NCBI RefSeq assembly: GCF_000150275.1 | Contig: NW_002060944.1 | Span: forward strand, 1,660,911-1,724,910 | Source: Trichoplax adhaerens | Taxonomy: Eukaryota > Animalia > Placozoa | Direction of reading: 5' to 3' | DNA length: 64,000 bases | In this document: positions 41,342 to 53,442 of the stretch, piece by piece | Layout of the letters: each line of letters begins with the position of its first letter | Numbering within the stretch: the stretch's first letter is position 1 | Translations under genes and position numbers: made by a program | Notes under the pieces: generated by a model | Databases searched by the model: none | What the model saw: the letters and a program-made list of their open reading frames with translations, nothing else | Told to the model about the DNA's origin: nothing

Positions 41342-42690
41342 ATGATGATGCGTCAATTGCTTACTTTAACCGCACTTTTTGCTTTATCGTCGGCTTGTTG
41401 CCTTCCTAGGCAATACTCAGTTTTGCTTGCTAGTGGTACTTTTAATAAATATTCCTCATCGATATCGCAATACGGCGCAATTAATAAGGTTTATTATGAC
41501 CAGTGCAATCAAAGAATTCGATACAATAATCCAACAGCGGGATTTTCGTTTATCACTGATTATGGAAGCGTAAGTTTTAAAAACAGGAAATATGTTGTAT
41601 CTTCATAAAATTTCATACGATCTATTCCATATTAGAGTTGATAGAAACCAATTACGAATCGATTTAATTATTAAAAAAGAGATACAGTATCAATAAACTT
41701 CAGTTATACACAATAATAGACTATGTGGCCATTAAGATCTAAATTTCTGATTCATATTACTGATGGTAGAACGAATATCATTCTATCCGTAATGGCACAT
41801 GCACTACATTTAAATTAAGAGGCAGTCTGAAAAGGACTTGTACACCAAGTAAGTATTAAAGATATCCTTATAAAATTATTCTGTAATTTATATGATAAAG
41901 AATTGTATAGTATCATCCTTATAATATACTGGTTCTGTACATTCTTACGTAAGTAAGCCAATTTTAATATTAAATGAAGTAAAACCATTCTCAATTAATG
42001 CTACTTCGCTAGGCTCTTTTCACTACATGAAAACACTGAATTTTGGTGCCGGTGCCCTTCCTTTTGATATTTTATCTTACAAGAGATTTGGTTCTACATA
42101 TAGTTCTGGTGCTTCCTATTTCATATCGAATCCTGGTTGTATTCCTATTTCCTATTCTGGCTTTTACAAGAGCAAAACCCGTAGTTCACTCCACGGCGTA
42201 GTTTGGCTAAATTTCACTATTGGCATCTCTGATTTGAGCGTCTTCAACGCTCCTAAATTTTGTAGAAGTACAAGAACTTTAAAATCAATGGAGGTAATGG
42301 ATATTTTATTTTAATATATCTGTAAGCATTAATAAAATGATTCGTACCAATTCTACTGTACTATTTCAGGTAGTCATATAGCTATGCAGCAATTTAATAT
42401 TATTTGTAAATTGCTAGTTCCGATTAAGTATTAAGTATTAATATGATATTTGCTATATTATTCAGAACTTCGATATATGGGATTTCATTGCAAAAGATTT
42501 TGGCCAAGAAACTAAAAATCCAGAAGAAATGTTTAACACCATGCACAAAGAAACTGAACAGGAAGAACGCAAGCCTGAAAATAAAGTAGAAATCAAACCA
42601 GAACGGAACGATGACTTTGATGGTAAGAAATTCCTTCGCGAAAATTTTGGTTTGGGAGACTTCGATTTTGAGGATAGCGACGACGAATGA
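41342..42690 (+). CDS. Ependymin-related secreted protein E7 (cationic core, acidic tail)
   Basis: Exons 41342-41569, 41770-41848, 42013-42293, 42466-42690. Signal peptide; CCLPRQY, YYDQCNQRIR, CTP, NFGAGALPF, CIPI, IGISDLSVFNAPKFC; tail ends GDFDFEDSDDE. Confidence 0.88.
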
Positions 42691-45600
42691 ACATCGTGCC
42701 AGTGGAAAGCTCGATTTTGATTTAAATTAAGAGTAGAAAATAGTACGTTGCTAAAATTACACTGCTATATGGTGAATTTTACTTTAAGATTTCATTCCGT
42801 TTTCGATGGTTTAATTACTGGTCTATACCAAATAATCACCTAGTCATAGCGTATATACTCGTAATAATAGGAAAGTTTAATTATCTAATCTAGTCTCTAT
42901 GTTAATCATTTCATGTCTGTTAATACTATATGATACTACATTAACTATATCAGGCTAGTAATTAAAGTATTCCAATCATTAAACTTCATCAATAAAGCAG
43001 ATATTTTTAAAAGCGTGAAATTTTACTTTGGACTAATTACCTTCCAGTTGGCTCAACTGATACAATGTTATTGCTCTAGCTTCATTCCTGAGTAATCATA
43101 ATGAACTTCGGAAATAGATATATATATACCCACATATTAAGGTTTATTAACTCACAAATTTAGTGATGCATGACACCATCTGAACAATAGAAGTAAATAA
43201 TTGATTGCAAGTGTTGGATCTAAAAATTTTCAGCAAAATATCACACCCTATAGTCTTAGCAGATCCTTGGGGATTACAATATCATTTATTTTTTTTCTTT
43301 TATAAAGTAGGGTTAAATGCGCAAAGAGTGGAAACAGTAGCAATAATTCATACATAGGTCAATAGAATTTTATTTCTTCAATTGAGCTGCTGGCCGTCTT
43401 AGCGCCTTAATATAGACGCATAGCATGGTAGCTATAGGATAGAGACGAATCAAATATAGTGCAAAAGAATTACAAAAGCATAGTACTTTATTTCAATTGA
43501 ACTAATAGAAAAATTTACGCCGTACAAAATAAATTTTCCGTAGTACTTTACTAAATAAATACCTTCACGAAATAATTACCAGTGAATTACAGTAGAATGT
43601 ACTCGTCATATTTGTATATGGACATACTACCTAGTGTGTAACACTCTTCAAAAATCATTCTATTATGTTTATTTTCAATTTTTTATTACAGTGGACTTTC
43701 TGTAGCAAGATCTTAAAATTTCGTATTAATAGCTAATATCGTGCTAAGGTATTTTTATCTCTACAATCTTAAATACTCTTATGAAACATTTTATACTTGG
43801 CTATCATTTGATATAGGAATTTACTTAGTGAATCATACCTTATTGCTTGGATTCTAAGCATAACTGCTTCCCTTGATAAATCATCTAAGTAAATCCAAGT
43901 TAAATCACTGTTTCTGCATGCCCGCCTAGCTATTACAAATGCACCCATTTTTACTGTTAGATAGTATTATTTTGTGTTATTTAAGCCAACAATAATTTAA
44001 CTAAAGTAGGAGTATCGCACTGTATTAGAGAATTAGTAATTAATTCATCCATTATAGTACCACATTAGTAATGGCGACATTTATTGAATAGAGAATTAAA
44101 TAACTGGTTGACGTCTCACAAAAGCTGCACTTCTATTTTCTTAGAAGAATCGGTCTTTGATGCGAACTGAAAAGTATAACAATTATCGCTGTTAGATAAA
44201 CAAACCTGTTGATAACAATCAAAAATTTAAATAAACTGGAGTTCATTCATTTTCCAACTTCAATCCGGCTCAGGATGTGACTGGATATGTATTATGATAA
44301 TGATGGTGTTATTGGTGTATCACACGGTATCAATAAAATGAAATTCTAATAACGATCGTCAGCAATTAACTACAATACTGCTAAACATGTCCATTAGAAT
44401 AGAAGAGTCAACCCAATCCAACATCAGTGGAGTTTGCTAATTACTTTGTTTAAACGGAAAGATTGCCTTAAAGTATAATTTGATTTCTACTAAAATTTAT
44501 AAAAGATATATTTGCAGATATCGTATTAACTAAAGCCTATAAAATTGTCTTAGTGTGGCAACTAGACCAACTCCTACTTAATTAAGCACGGTAATATGTA
44601 TTATTAGTGGTAAAGGCTGAACTGAAGTACTCAAAATTATACGTAGATGTTAGGGTGTTACCTTACCGTAAGAATAGCTTAATATTACAGTAGTAGCTAA
44701 TATAGTAAATATCGATAATTGTAGCGCTAGATAAGTAATGCCTTAATGCGAGTATTATTTGTGATTAGCTGTTACGTATTTAATATTGATTGCTATTGTG
44801 TGTAGGTTGTAGTAAGATAATTTAAGTTCTAGCTCACGATATTTGATACGCCAATAATATTTAGAGTAGGACTACGTATGGATAATATATTAAAATTATT
44901 TAGTAATAGGAAAAGTATCTTAGGATCTGTCTCAGTCATCAAAATAACTTAGATGTGAATGGGTAGTTTATGATAACATTTTGTTTTGGACTTTTTAGAA
45001 GTATGAACTACTACTTTAGGAATTATTATTGTTAGTAATAACCTAAGTTATTATGATATTATGATGATATAGTAATATGTTACAAGTAAGTATCGAGAAC
45101 TAAGGAGCTTGACAGGGCTTACAGTCGAAGTGGATTTATACATGAAATTATTTATTACCTCAAATGTCTATATTTGATAATTCAATCGTAATAACATGTT
45201 TGTTATTAAAATATGTTGATAGCATAGTAAATGTGTTTATAACTACTGAAAGAGTATATAAGAAGGACTGTGATCAATAAAAGGTGATTCAAGTTAAGGC
45301 TAAGTTGTGTAATAGTTTTATGCCGTATATTGTGGTAAGCGAGTTTATACTTCGCAAGTTACTACATCGTAGGCTAGGGAATTAGTTCTGCAGATTAAAG
45401 TAAAGTTTATTATAAATACTGTGTTGTTTTCTTGTGTCGCAAGGGTAGTTATGGCAGTACTGCGACCATTTTAGTCGGATATGCCATCCCTAATATGGTA
45501 TAATAACTAGACTATGCTTGTTTACAAGTTAGCCGGTTCCTATATGAACAGGACGAAATCGAGTAAGTGTTGTGACTGTGGCAATAAAAGTTCTGTCTTT

Positions 45601-48600
45601 ACGACCCTTTGCTGTGCATTTGAGTCGGTAGTTTACTTATAGACTTTACTGTACGTTCCCTTGCCGTAGAGTCAATTTATGACAGTGTAATTTAAAACAT
45701 TAATGCACCTAATCTTATCGATCACGATTATTTAAAAGAGATATTATTAATTATCTAGCTTTATCTCTCCTGCTCTAAGAATATAATTTTGATAACTCGT
45801 ATATTGATATGTTAGTATCAAATATGAACCGATATAGACAGTAAACATTCACGTATTTCCACCGATAAGTTGCCGAGCAGATAATTAAGACCCGTAAATG
45901 CACTGTATATGATAGCATTGTACGATTATCATGTACTTGGTGTATATACAGCAACTACAAGTATTTGGAAGTTATGTAAGCATTTTAATCCTTGTCTATC
46001 AAAGCATTTCCTTACTTATTTTCATAGCCTACATTGTCTATAAACCTTCACCAAGCTGTTATTCTTTACTCTGTTTTCTAACCTTATTAATACGTTACAT
46101 GTTCTATATAGTACTTCAGGATAAGAAGTAATATCTATCTAATCTCTTTGATTATCATATGTGTCGATAATGCGGTGTAATTTTAATGCAAAGTCTTCAG
46201 TAACAGTCATTTAAGAGCTACGGTGGTCAGTGATGATTAATTCACTACTATAAAATCACAATGTATATTAGCAAACTCGCTAGATATAGTGATCGTTCAT
46301 TTCGAATGGGTTTTCGACCCATTCATGATAGCAACTTTATCTGATATGGTTAATGCATGGAGTACTAGAAATTTTTGTACTTCATAGTTAACGGTTTTGT
46401 ACCGATATAATACTGTATACTAATGCTATTCGTTGTACAGTAGCTGCCCAGTAGGCCTTTCGAAAGGCAATTCTTAGGTGTTTCAAAGGTACTGCTATAT
46501 TTTTATTAGACCTTACGGTATATTAGGGTTATAATCCTTAGAAGCAACTCAAAGTAAGTGCTTTGCGTTAAACTAGTAAACTTTTAAGGAAGTACACGTA
46601 GTCCGTGACAACACTCAAGACCGGCCGTAAAGTAGCGCAAGGTGAGTTTACTGTATTTAGTAAAAATGCTATCCTACACAAAACAAAAGCTAAAATGTCC
46701 GTACAAATCCCATTGGAAGAAGACTAAGACAGTACTGCAGGCTAGTCTTAAGTGTGTAATAATGTCTTACTGTAGCATACGCGTATAATTCCATAAAAAA
46801 CAACTTAATTAATATTTAGGTTAAAAATTGAAGTGAATACTGTAATAAATATTTAGTACCTCATAGAGGTATGAAATGAAAATACTATACTTCGATCATA
46901 TACAATTACTGAGAGCCCTTAATGAGATTACTGACTCGTATTATTGGGAATTTACACCTAGTCTTTAGGGCTTGACCTAGAAGTAGTGTATGGTAGTTAA
47001 CACTAGTTTGAATACTGATCAGTGAATAAATTGTACTAATATACCGGATGTTTGTTCTCCATAGTAATCAAGTAGTCATTGAATTGAAATACAGAAGAAT
47101 ACGCTTATATAAGGGAATATACCAAGGTAGAACAACAACAAAGAAAACAAGCAAAGGAGAACAGTGACGGAAAGTCTGAGAAGTAGATGAAGAGTTACAG
47201 CTACAGTGCAGTTATGGCCGGTCGTATAATATACTGTACACTAGAGATGATGAGAGAGATGGGGTAATTCAGTTACTCAGGTTTGTTAAAATTGAAAAGT
47301 TGTCGCCAATTTTAATAAACTTTTGTCACGTCTCTATGTCAGATAAAAATAGATACGGATGGGTAGATAGAGCATAAGTAAATATTCAATTGGAGCTATC
47401 TAGATGCTGGATGATAGTGCGAACTTATTGTGATAGATTGATTATTCTTTGTAGTCGTTCCGTTGGAGCAAATGCAACTTACACCTAGAATAGCCGTTGA
47501 CCGAGTGACCCAGTTATTACAGTCAATTTACGGTAGAATTCCTAAATTGACCTTATTCACCTCGATATCTTAGCCTTACGGTCTTGAAGTCAGTAAGATT
47601 TCGTCTTGTTCCGGTCACGAAGAAATAGGACGTTGTTATTAGGAAAGAGTAAGCATGGAAAGTACGCGTACTTACTATACTTATTTCTGATTGGTGTATC
47701 ATAATGATACGTATTACAGTAAATCAGTACTCTATGCCTATTCAAGGAGGAACCAGAACCACTAAAACACTAAGCAGTCCTTGGAGAATTTGTAATTCTT
47801 AAATAGCTCCTAATATAATATTTTGTTTTCCTTATATGTAAACTGCTCGTTGAGATCACAAGATAATTACTGACGAAATCTTACATGCACAGCCCTAATA
47901 ATTATAATTTAAAATTCATATACTGTAAGTATTAAGAATTCTGGCTATTCCATTTCGCAATAACATGCTGTTTCTGATTTTATCATATTCAAAATAGTTT
48001 ACTCATTAAACAGACCAATTGAGAACGCATTTATAAATTTAGCTTTAATTTCCTAATAACCAAATCTAACTGACAATATTTACAGTATAACATTATTATC
48101 AAATTCGACACCTATTAATAATATGCGTCCGGTGGACTCCATGAAGAATAGTATTAGTACAGCATTGATGCTGTTACTAAAGAGCGGTATAACTTAGAGT
48201 ATAGGATATAAGATAATTTTTCTAACATTTCGTATAAACAACTTGGACAATTCTATTTCGGAACTGGAATGGTAACTTCATTAATATTGCTATAACTATT
48301 AACCACCTTAGCGTGTACCGGTACTCAAGATTGTAGTGAGTGAAGTATGTAGTCTTATTCCGTAAACGCCTGCAAATACTAGGAAATAGTTAATTGATTA
48401 ATTATGTTAATTATATTGACGTAACTTATAAATAAGCATGTAAGAGTATCACAAATTTACCATCGTCTTTTGCCGTTAACGACTCTGAGATATTTAGCGT
48501 TTCTGTTCAGAATTGCTTGATACTGTGTACTGCATTCAGTAATAAGGTTTAACTATGATTTCATACTAAGGAATTTGCAATAGTTGCAATATGAACAAAA

Positions 48601-49259
48601 TGCAATAACCGTGTACCCTGACGTAAAGAAAAATTCTGAGATAAATTGATTTTAAAGTAGTTCAGTGCAATTTATGATTAAGAATTTCTAGCTCACCCAA
48701 ATATCCCTGTAAGCATGAGGAAGTTAACATCGTGTAATATACTTACTTGTACGTGTACATTTGTTCTTTATTGTCAAGGGCTAATTTCACATCTAGCTTT
48801 AAACGTAATGTGGTTAAAGACACACTATCATCATAAATACATTTTAAGTTACTATCCGAAGATCTAGAAACTTTATTTTTCAGTCGCTGGATAGATACTT
48901 AATGATTATAAATTTTCTGTCTTGTACGAGTTGATTACTTATTTTTTATTGTATCTTACCAGTAGCTCTGTAAAGTAGCAGTCAATGTATTTGATGTAAC
49001 GCATCGGAAGTGAATCTTTAAACTGAAATAGAGCTGTACTATTTGACCCTCAAAACAATGGTGATGCATAACGTCAGAGATTTACAAAGTTGCCGTACAT
49101 TATATTAAGTAGGTAGTTGTAACGAAGTGACTTCTACTAACTAATTCTGATCTTATTTTCGTCAGATAATATACTTTAGTATTTGTTGAGAATACCGTTA
49201 TCTATGGCGCTATACATTTCCTTTATAGATAATTGCATAATTTTATAATATTATCAATA

Positions 49260-49500
49260 GACTGATAAATAGTGTTTATGTGGATTTACTATAAATCGAC
49301 TAATTTTTCGGTAAAGACTGGGTTTTATTTTACTCTAAGGGAGACTAGTGGTATTACTGTTTCTCCTGATGATCGGAGATCGTCAGTATTTATAACCGTG
49401 CTGTAGGTAGATGTTGTGGAGGACAAATTTGGCAATAGACTCTTAGTATTAGTTTGCTTACAGTAGTTTTAACTTTTCGTCACTACAAATTTCAATATGC
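49260..49500 (+). repeat. Diverged dispersed repeat, inverted copy of STK19 intron 1 sequence (about 59000-59242)
   Basis: taagggagactagtggtattactgtttctcctgatgatcggagatcgtcagta..tgtaggtagat..ggacaaa matches minus-strand taagagagactggtggtgttactgttcctcataatgataggagatcgtcagta..tgtaggtagat..ggacaaa. Confidence 0.75.
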
Positions 49501-52452
49501 AATCGTGGTAGGAAATAGTAGCATGCAATATCCAAACAACAAGCAGTGTTCGTAGCATTACATACTGTACAGTAGTTGTGAATATAAAATAACTTACATG
49601 GTACTTACCGTGTTTAGAGTCTTATGAAATTCAAAGCTTATTTCATACTACTTACAGTATACATGATATTAATTTTGTTATTATTCTAGCTGTTACATTT
49701 ATAATAATATTCATATTTTTGTTCTTTTACGTATCCTAGAAAATTTTACGTGCAAATTGTTATTGATTTCTGATAATTATAAGCAAAAATTGACCAAAAT
49801 AATTATTTAAGATACTAATCATTAAAATCGCTCGCGTATTTCCTTGGAGGCCAATGCTAAGAAGAATTATCGTACAAGTTATTTTAAATTCCCAGATAAC
49901 GTGAGCAAGCAGCAGTTATGCTTTTACGTAAATTATTCTTTACATTCATTTTTTTCTTCCGACCTCTATAATATATAATTATATACGTATCTCATGCTGG
50001 TACTGATCTGATACCAGTATTGTACAATAGCTCTCTAGCGAGGCTACAAATTGCGATGCAACCACTACGGATACAAATAATCATACAATAATATACTCTA
50101 TAATAAGAGGTACTAACAATCTGTAATTGTCAAAAGTGCTTCATAAGGGATATATTAAATTGAACATTGAAGCTTAACGAAATTGTTGGTAACTATAGAA
50201 TAAAAATCGTCACAGTACAATTTTGTGAGTTGATTGTAACTTACGTTAAGTTACGTTAAACAGAGTATCTGATATTTAGATTGGCCTGGATAGACATTAT
50301 ACCTTAAACTTCCCAATACGAGGATTTTGTTTATTTGCAGGTATTCTGTATCTATGACGTTACAATGAAAGATTAACAATGTAGTTTGCGCATTGTTATG
50401 TATTGGCTGAGTAATATCTTACCATTAATACTATCCTTACTGTCTTTCTATACATTACACACATCACACTACCGTATACCTACGCAGTAATTTAGTACAC
50501 ATATGCTATAAATTTCGACCTATAATTGCATATGTCTGAAAGATCATTACTGAACTGTTCTGAGTAAGATATTACGATTTTCGTTATTAACATATAAAAA
50601 TAGTTTGGATAGAAAAGGGAATTAAGTTTACTAAAGTTACCATAGGAATTAGTTAAAAGATATTTATTTACTGAATATTTTATTCGTTAGTATTATCAGA
50701 ACTCATCCACACGGCATGGTGTACTGGTTCGTCTACTGGTATAAATTAATTACAATATAGCCACATTAATTAAACACATTATCTGGTCTCTTTACTTGCA
50801 GAACTACTTTATTTATTATATATTTCTGAATATCATTTCAATTTTCTAGGCGATTCTATTTCTCATAGTCAATAATTCTATTAATGTATTATTCCTTCCT
50901 AAGTAATTTGTACCTACAAAATATGGTAATATCGTAAAAAAATTTTAATATATGGCAATCATTGTCACAGATAATTAATAGTAGATTATAGCAATATGTC
51001 AAAGATGGGAAATCTCTCTCGAAAAGAATAGGTTTGAAATTATTTAGTAATTACATTAGCGTCGAACCTGTCTCTTTATAAATTACAGTAGATTAAATTA
51101 TGGGTGGTAATGATTTAAGATACTATCAACCGAAATAAATAATATCAATCAAGATTCAGAACGCTGCTGTTATAAATTTAATACATAATTTACCACATTT
51201 CCTCTTATTAATAATTATTGTGAAGGATTTATTAATTAATTATGATTCGTCTAGAATTTATAATTTATCAATAGTACATATTAATGTAATGGACTATAAT
51301 GCTTATGGCCTTCATGTATCGATATCCGTTACCATTAAGAGAATTTTCAGGATAAGCATATATATACACTAATCTCATAATTAAATCAAAATTTATACAA
51401 AAATATATTTGCTCCACACATTTTTATAACCATTACGCTGCTTTCAGATCAAATTTTGCATATATAACAATTCGTGTTATCGGATTTGGTGAGAATAGAT
51501 ACACTGTAGTTAGCATATGAGTATGACTTCGTACTCGTGATCTGTGCAAATCCCATATATTGCTACTAGCCTGTATTAAATTCTGAATTTATTTTTTGAT
51601 AATAAAGCTACTGTATAACTCATTTTCAATCAATAAAATTTGTATATCTATTAAGCTCACTCTTATTGCAGTAAGTTCTATGATTATTTCATTAGGGAGT
51701 ACTACAGCACAATATCGTATTGGGTACAATATAAAGTTATTAAAAAACTGTGCCACGTAACTATGCAACTGTGAAAATCTGTACTGATCAGTCTATAAGA
51801 AAGCAGTAAATTCTCATTACTCTATTTCAATGCCGATTCCATGAACAGGCATAATTTTTGTACTATGATATTTTGGCATAAATTTAATGCTTACAAGACT
51901 GTATTAGTACTTACTGTATCAAATCAACTGTTTTCACGTGTTTTTACTTAGTGCTTCCTGTTAATAATTACGATATAACGGTAGCTGATACATTTACACT
52001 TATAGCAGTTCTTTACTTACTTTACTGTAGTAGTATAACTGGCGATATAAAACAAAAAACTCATAAGATGCACCTTTGTTATCTTTATTCGACTGAATTA
52101 ATGATGTTGACTTTTCATACAAAGACTGATTAGCATGACTATAGAATAAGGGTGTAATCAGGTTATGAGCTTTCGAGGTTTATTATTAAAATCAAGGTCA
52201 TGACTTTAATAATTCAATTTTAGTTGCTATTAAGATAATATAGCTCTTATTATTACTGATGATCGACAATATGCCCATATGTTCATATTTAGATTAAAAC
52301 AAAAAGCCTTCTTCGGTACTTTGTCAAAACAAGAACTAAAGAATCTTCGTCCCTGTGTCATTTACATACCATAGTTTCGTCGACCAAATCAAAATTTTGA
52401 CGATAATTGAAAGTTGCTGCCCAAATTTTATTATTGAAATCTGAAATTAGCC

Positions 52453-53442
52453 ATGGCCTATATCTTTTTAGCTATTGTAGGGGGCTTTGGTGCTACTTTA
52501 TGTCTTGCTATAGCGATTTTCACACTAAGTAGGCGTAAGTTACGATCACCAAATTTTGCATCCTTTTTAAGTTTGTGTATTAACGGTATATTCTTTGGAA
52601 GCTTGTATTTAATACCAAGATATGCCTCAGATTTTTCCCGTAATACTGCTATAATTTGCCACATACTACCACGGCTAGGTCAAGCACTTTTGCTTAATGT
52701 TGGTCTTCATGTTTCTATTATGACAATTGAACGGTACATCGCTATCGTTTACCCGTTTAGATACGAACGACTTTTTACTCGTACAGTAGTCGTAATTGTT
52801 ATTTTCTTTTTATGGTTTCTTGTTGTTGGTTTACAACTAATTGTTAGTGGAATTGAATATGCTCAAATCAATCAGACTATCGTCGACAAGTGTGCCTACA
52901 GTAGAGGATTCGGGAATACTAGCAACCTCATAAATGCTGGTTTTACCGTTGCACTAAGCTGTTTGACATTTATCGTTTTAGTTTACGTTTATGCACGTGT
53001 ATTAATCATAATATCACATCACCATCGGAAGATTCGTCGACATCTTACTCCATCAGACGCCGATAGTAATGTAGTTAGAACTCGTAAAAAGGCAATTTTA
53101 CAAGCTGGTCTACTATTCGGAGTCTATCTGGTCTTTTTTTTGCCCTTTATTCTCGTTACCGTTCTTTTGCCAAGCTTGCCATTCAGTATGTCACTATTTG
53201 ATTTTTATGTACATGTTCTACGAAATATGGCATTTGTTTTTCCGTTCATTCAACCTTTGCTGTATTTAATATTTACAGCAAATATTCGTAAAGAATTAAA
53301 GCATGTTTTATGTAGCAGTAGCCTGAAAAGCGCAATTCTTGTTAGTAACTCTAATACCGCCTTCGTTACTATTGAAAAAACTAGCATTAACCAATATGCG
53401 ACAAGGTCTGGTCTTCTCCAGAGTACTCAAACTCAAATATAA
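52453..53442 (+). CDS. Intronless rhodopsin-family (class A) orphan GPCR
   Basis: 329-aa ORF with seven hydrophobic segments, RKLRSP in ICL1, TIERYIAIVYPFRY (E/DRY), TM5 VYVYARV, TM6 FFLPF, TM7 QPLLY followed by helix 8. Confidence 0.92.
   Translation: MAYIFLAIVGGFGATLCLAIAIFTLSRRKLRSPNFASFLSLCINGIFFGSLYLIPRYASDFSRNTAIICHILPRLGQALLLNVGLHVSIMTIERYIAIVYPFRYERLFTRTVVVIVIFFLWFLVVGLQLIVSGIEYAQINQTIVDKCAYSRGFGNTSNLINAGFTVALSCLTFIVLVYVYARVLIIISHHHRKIRRHLTPSDADSNVVRTRKKAILQAGLLFGVYLVFFLPFILVTVLLPSLPFSMSLFDFYVHVLRNMAFVFPFIQPLLYLIFTANIRKELKHVLCSSSLKSAILVSNSNTAFVTIEKTSINQYATRSGLLQSTQTQI

Noticed and set aside
5985-52664. Remaining short ORFs (e.g. 5985, 12109, 14597, 17010, 28773, 41379, 45931, 52458)
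   Set aside because: Antisense or off-frame shadows of real exons, or AT-rich chance ORFs with no motifs.
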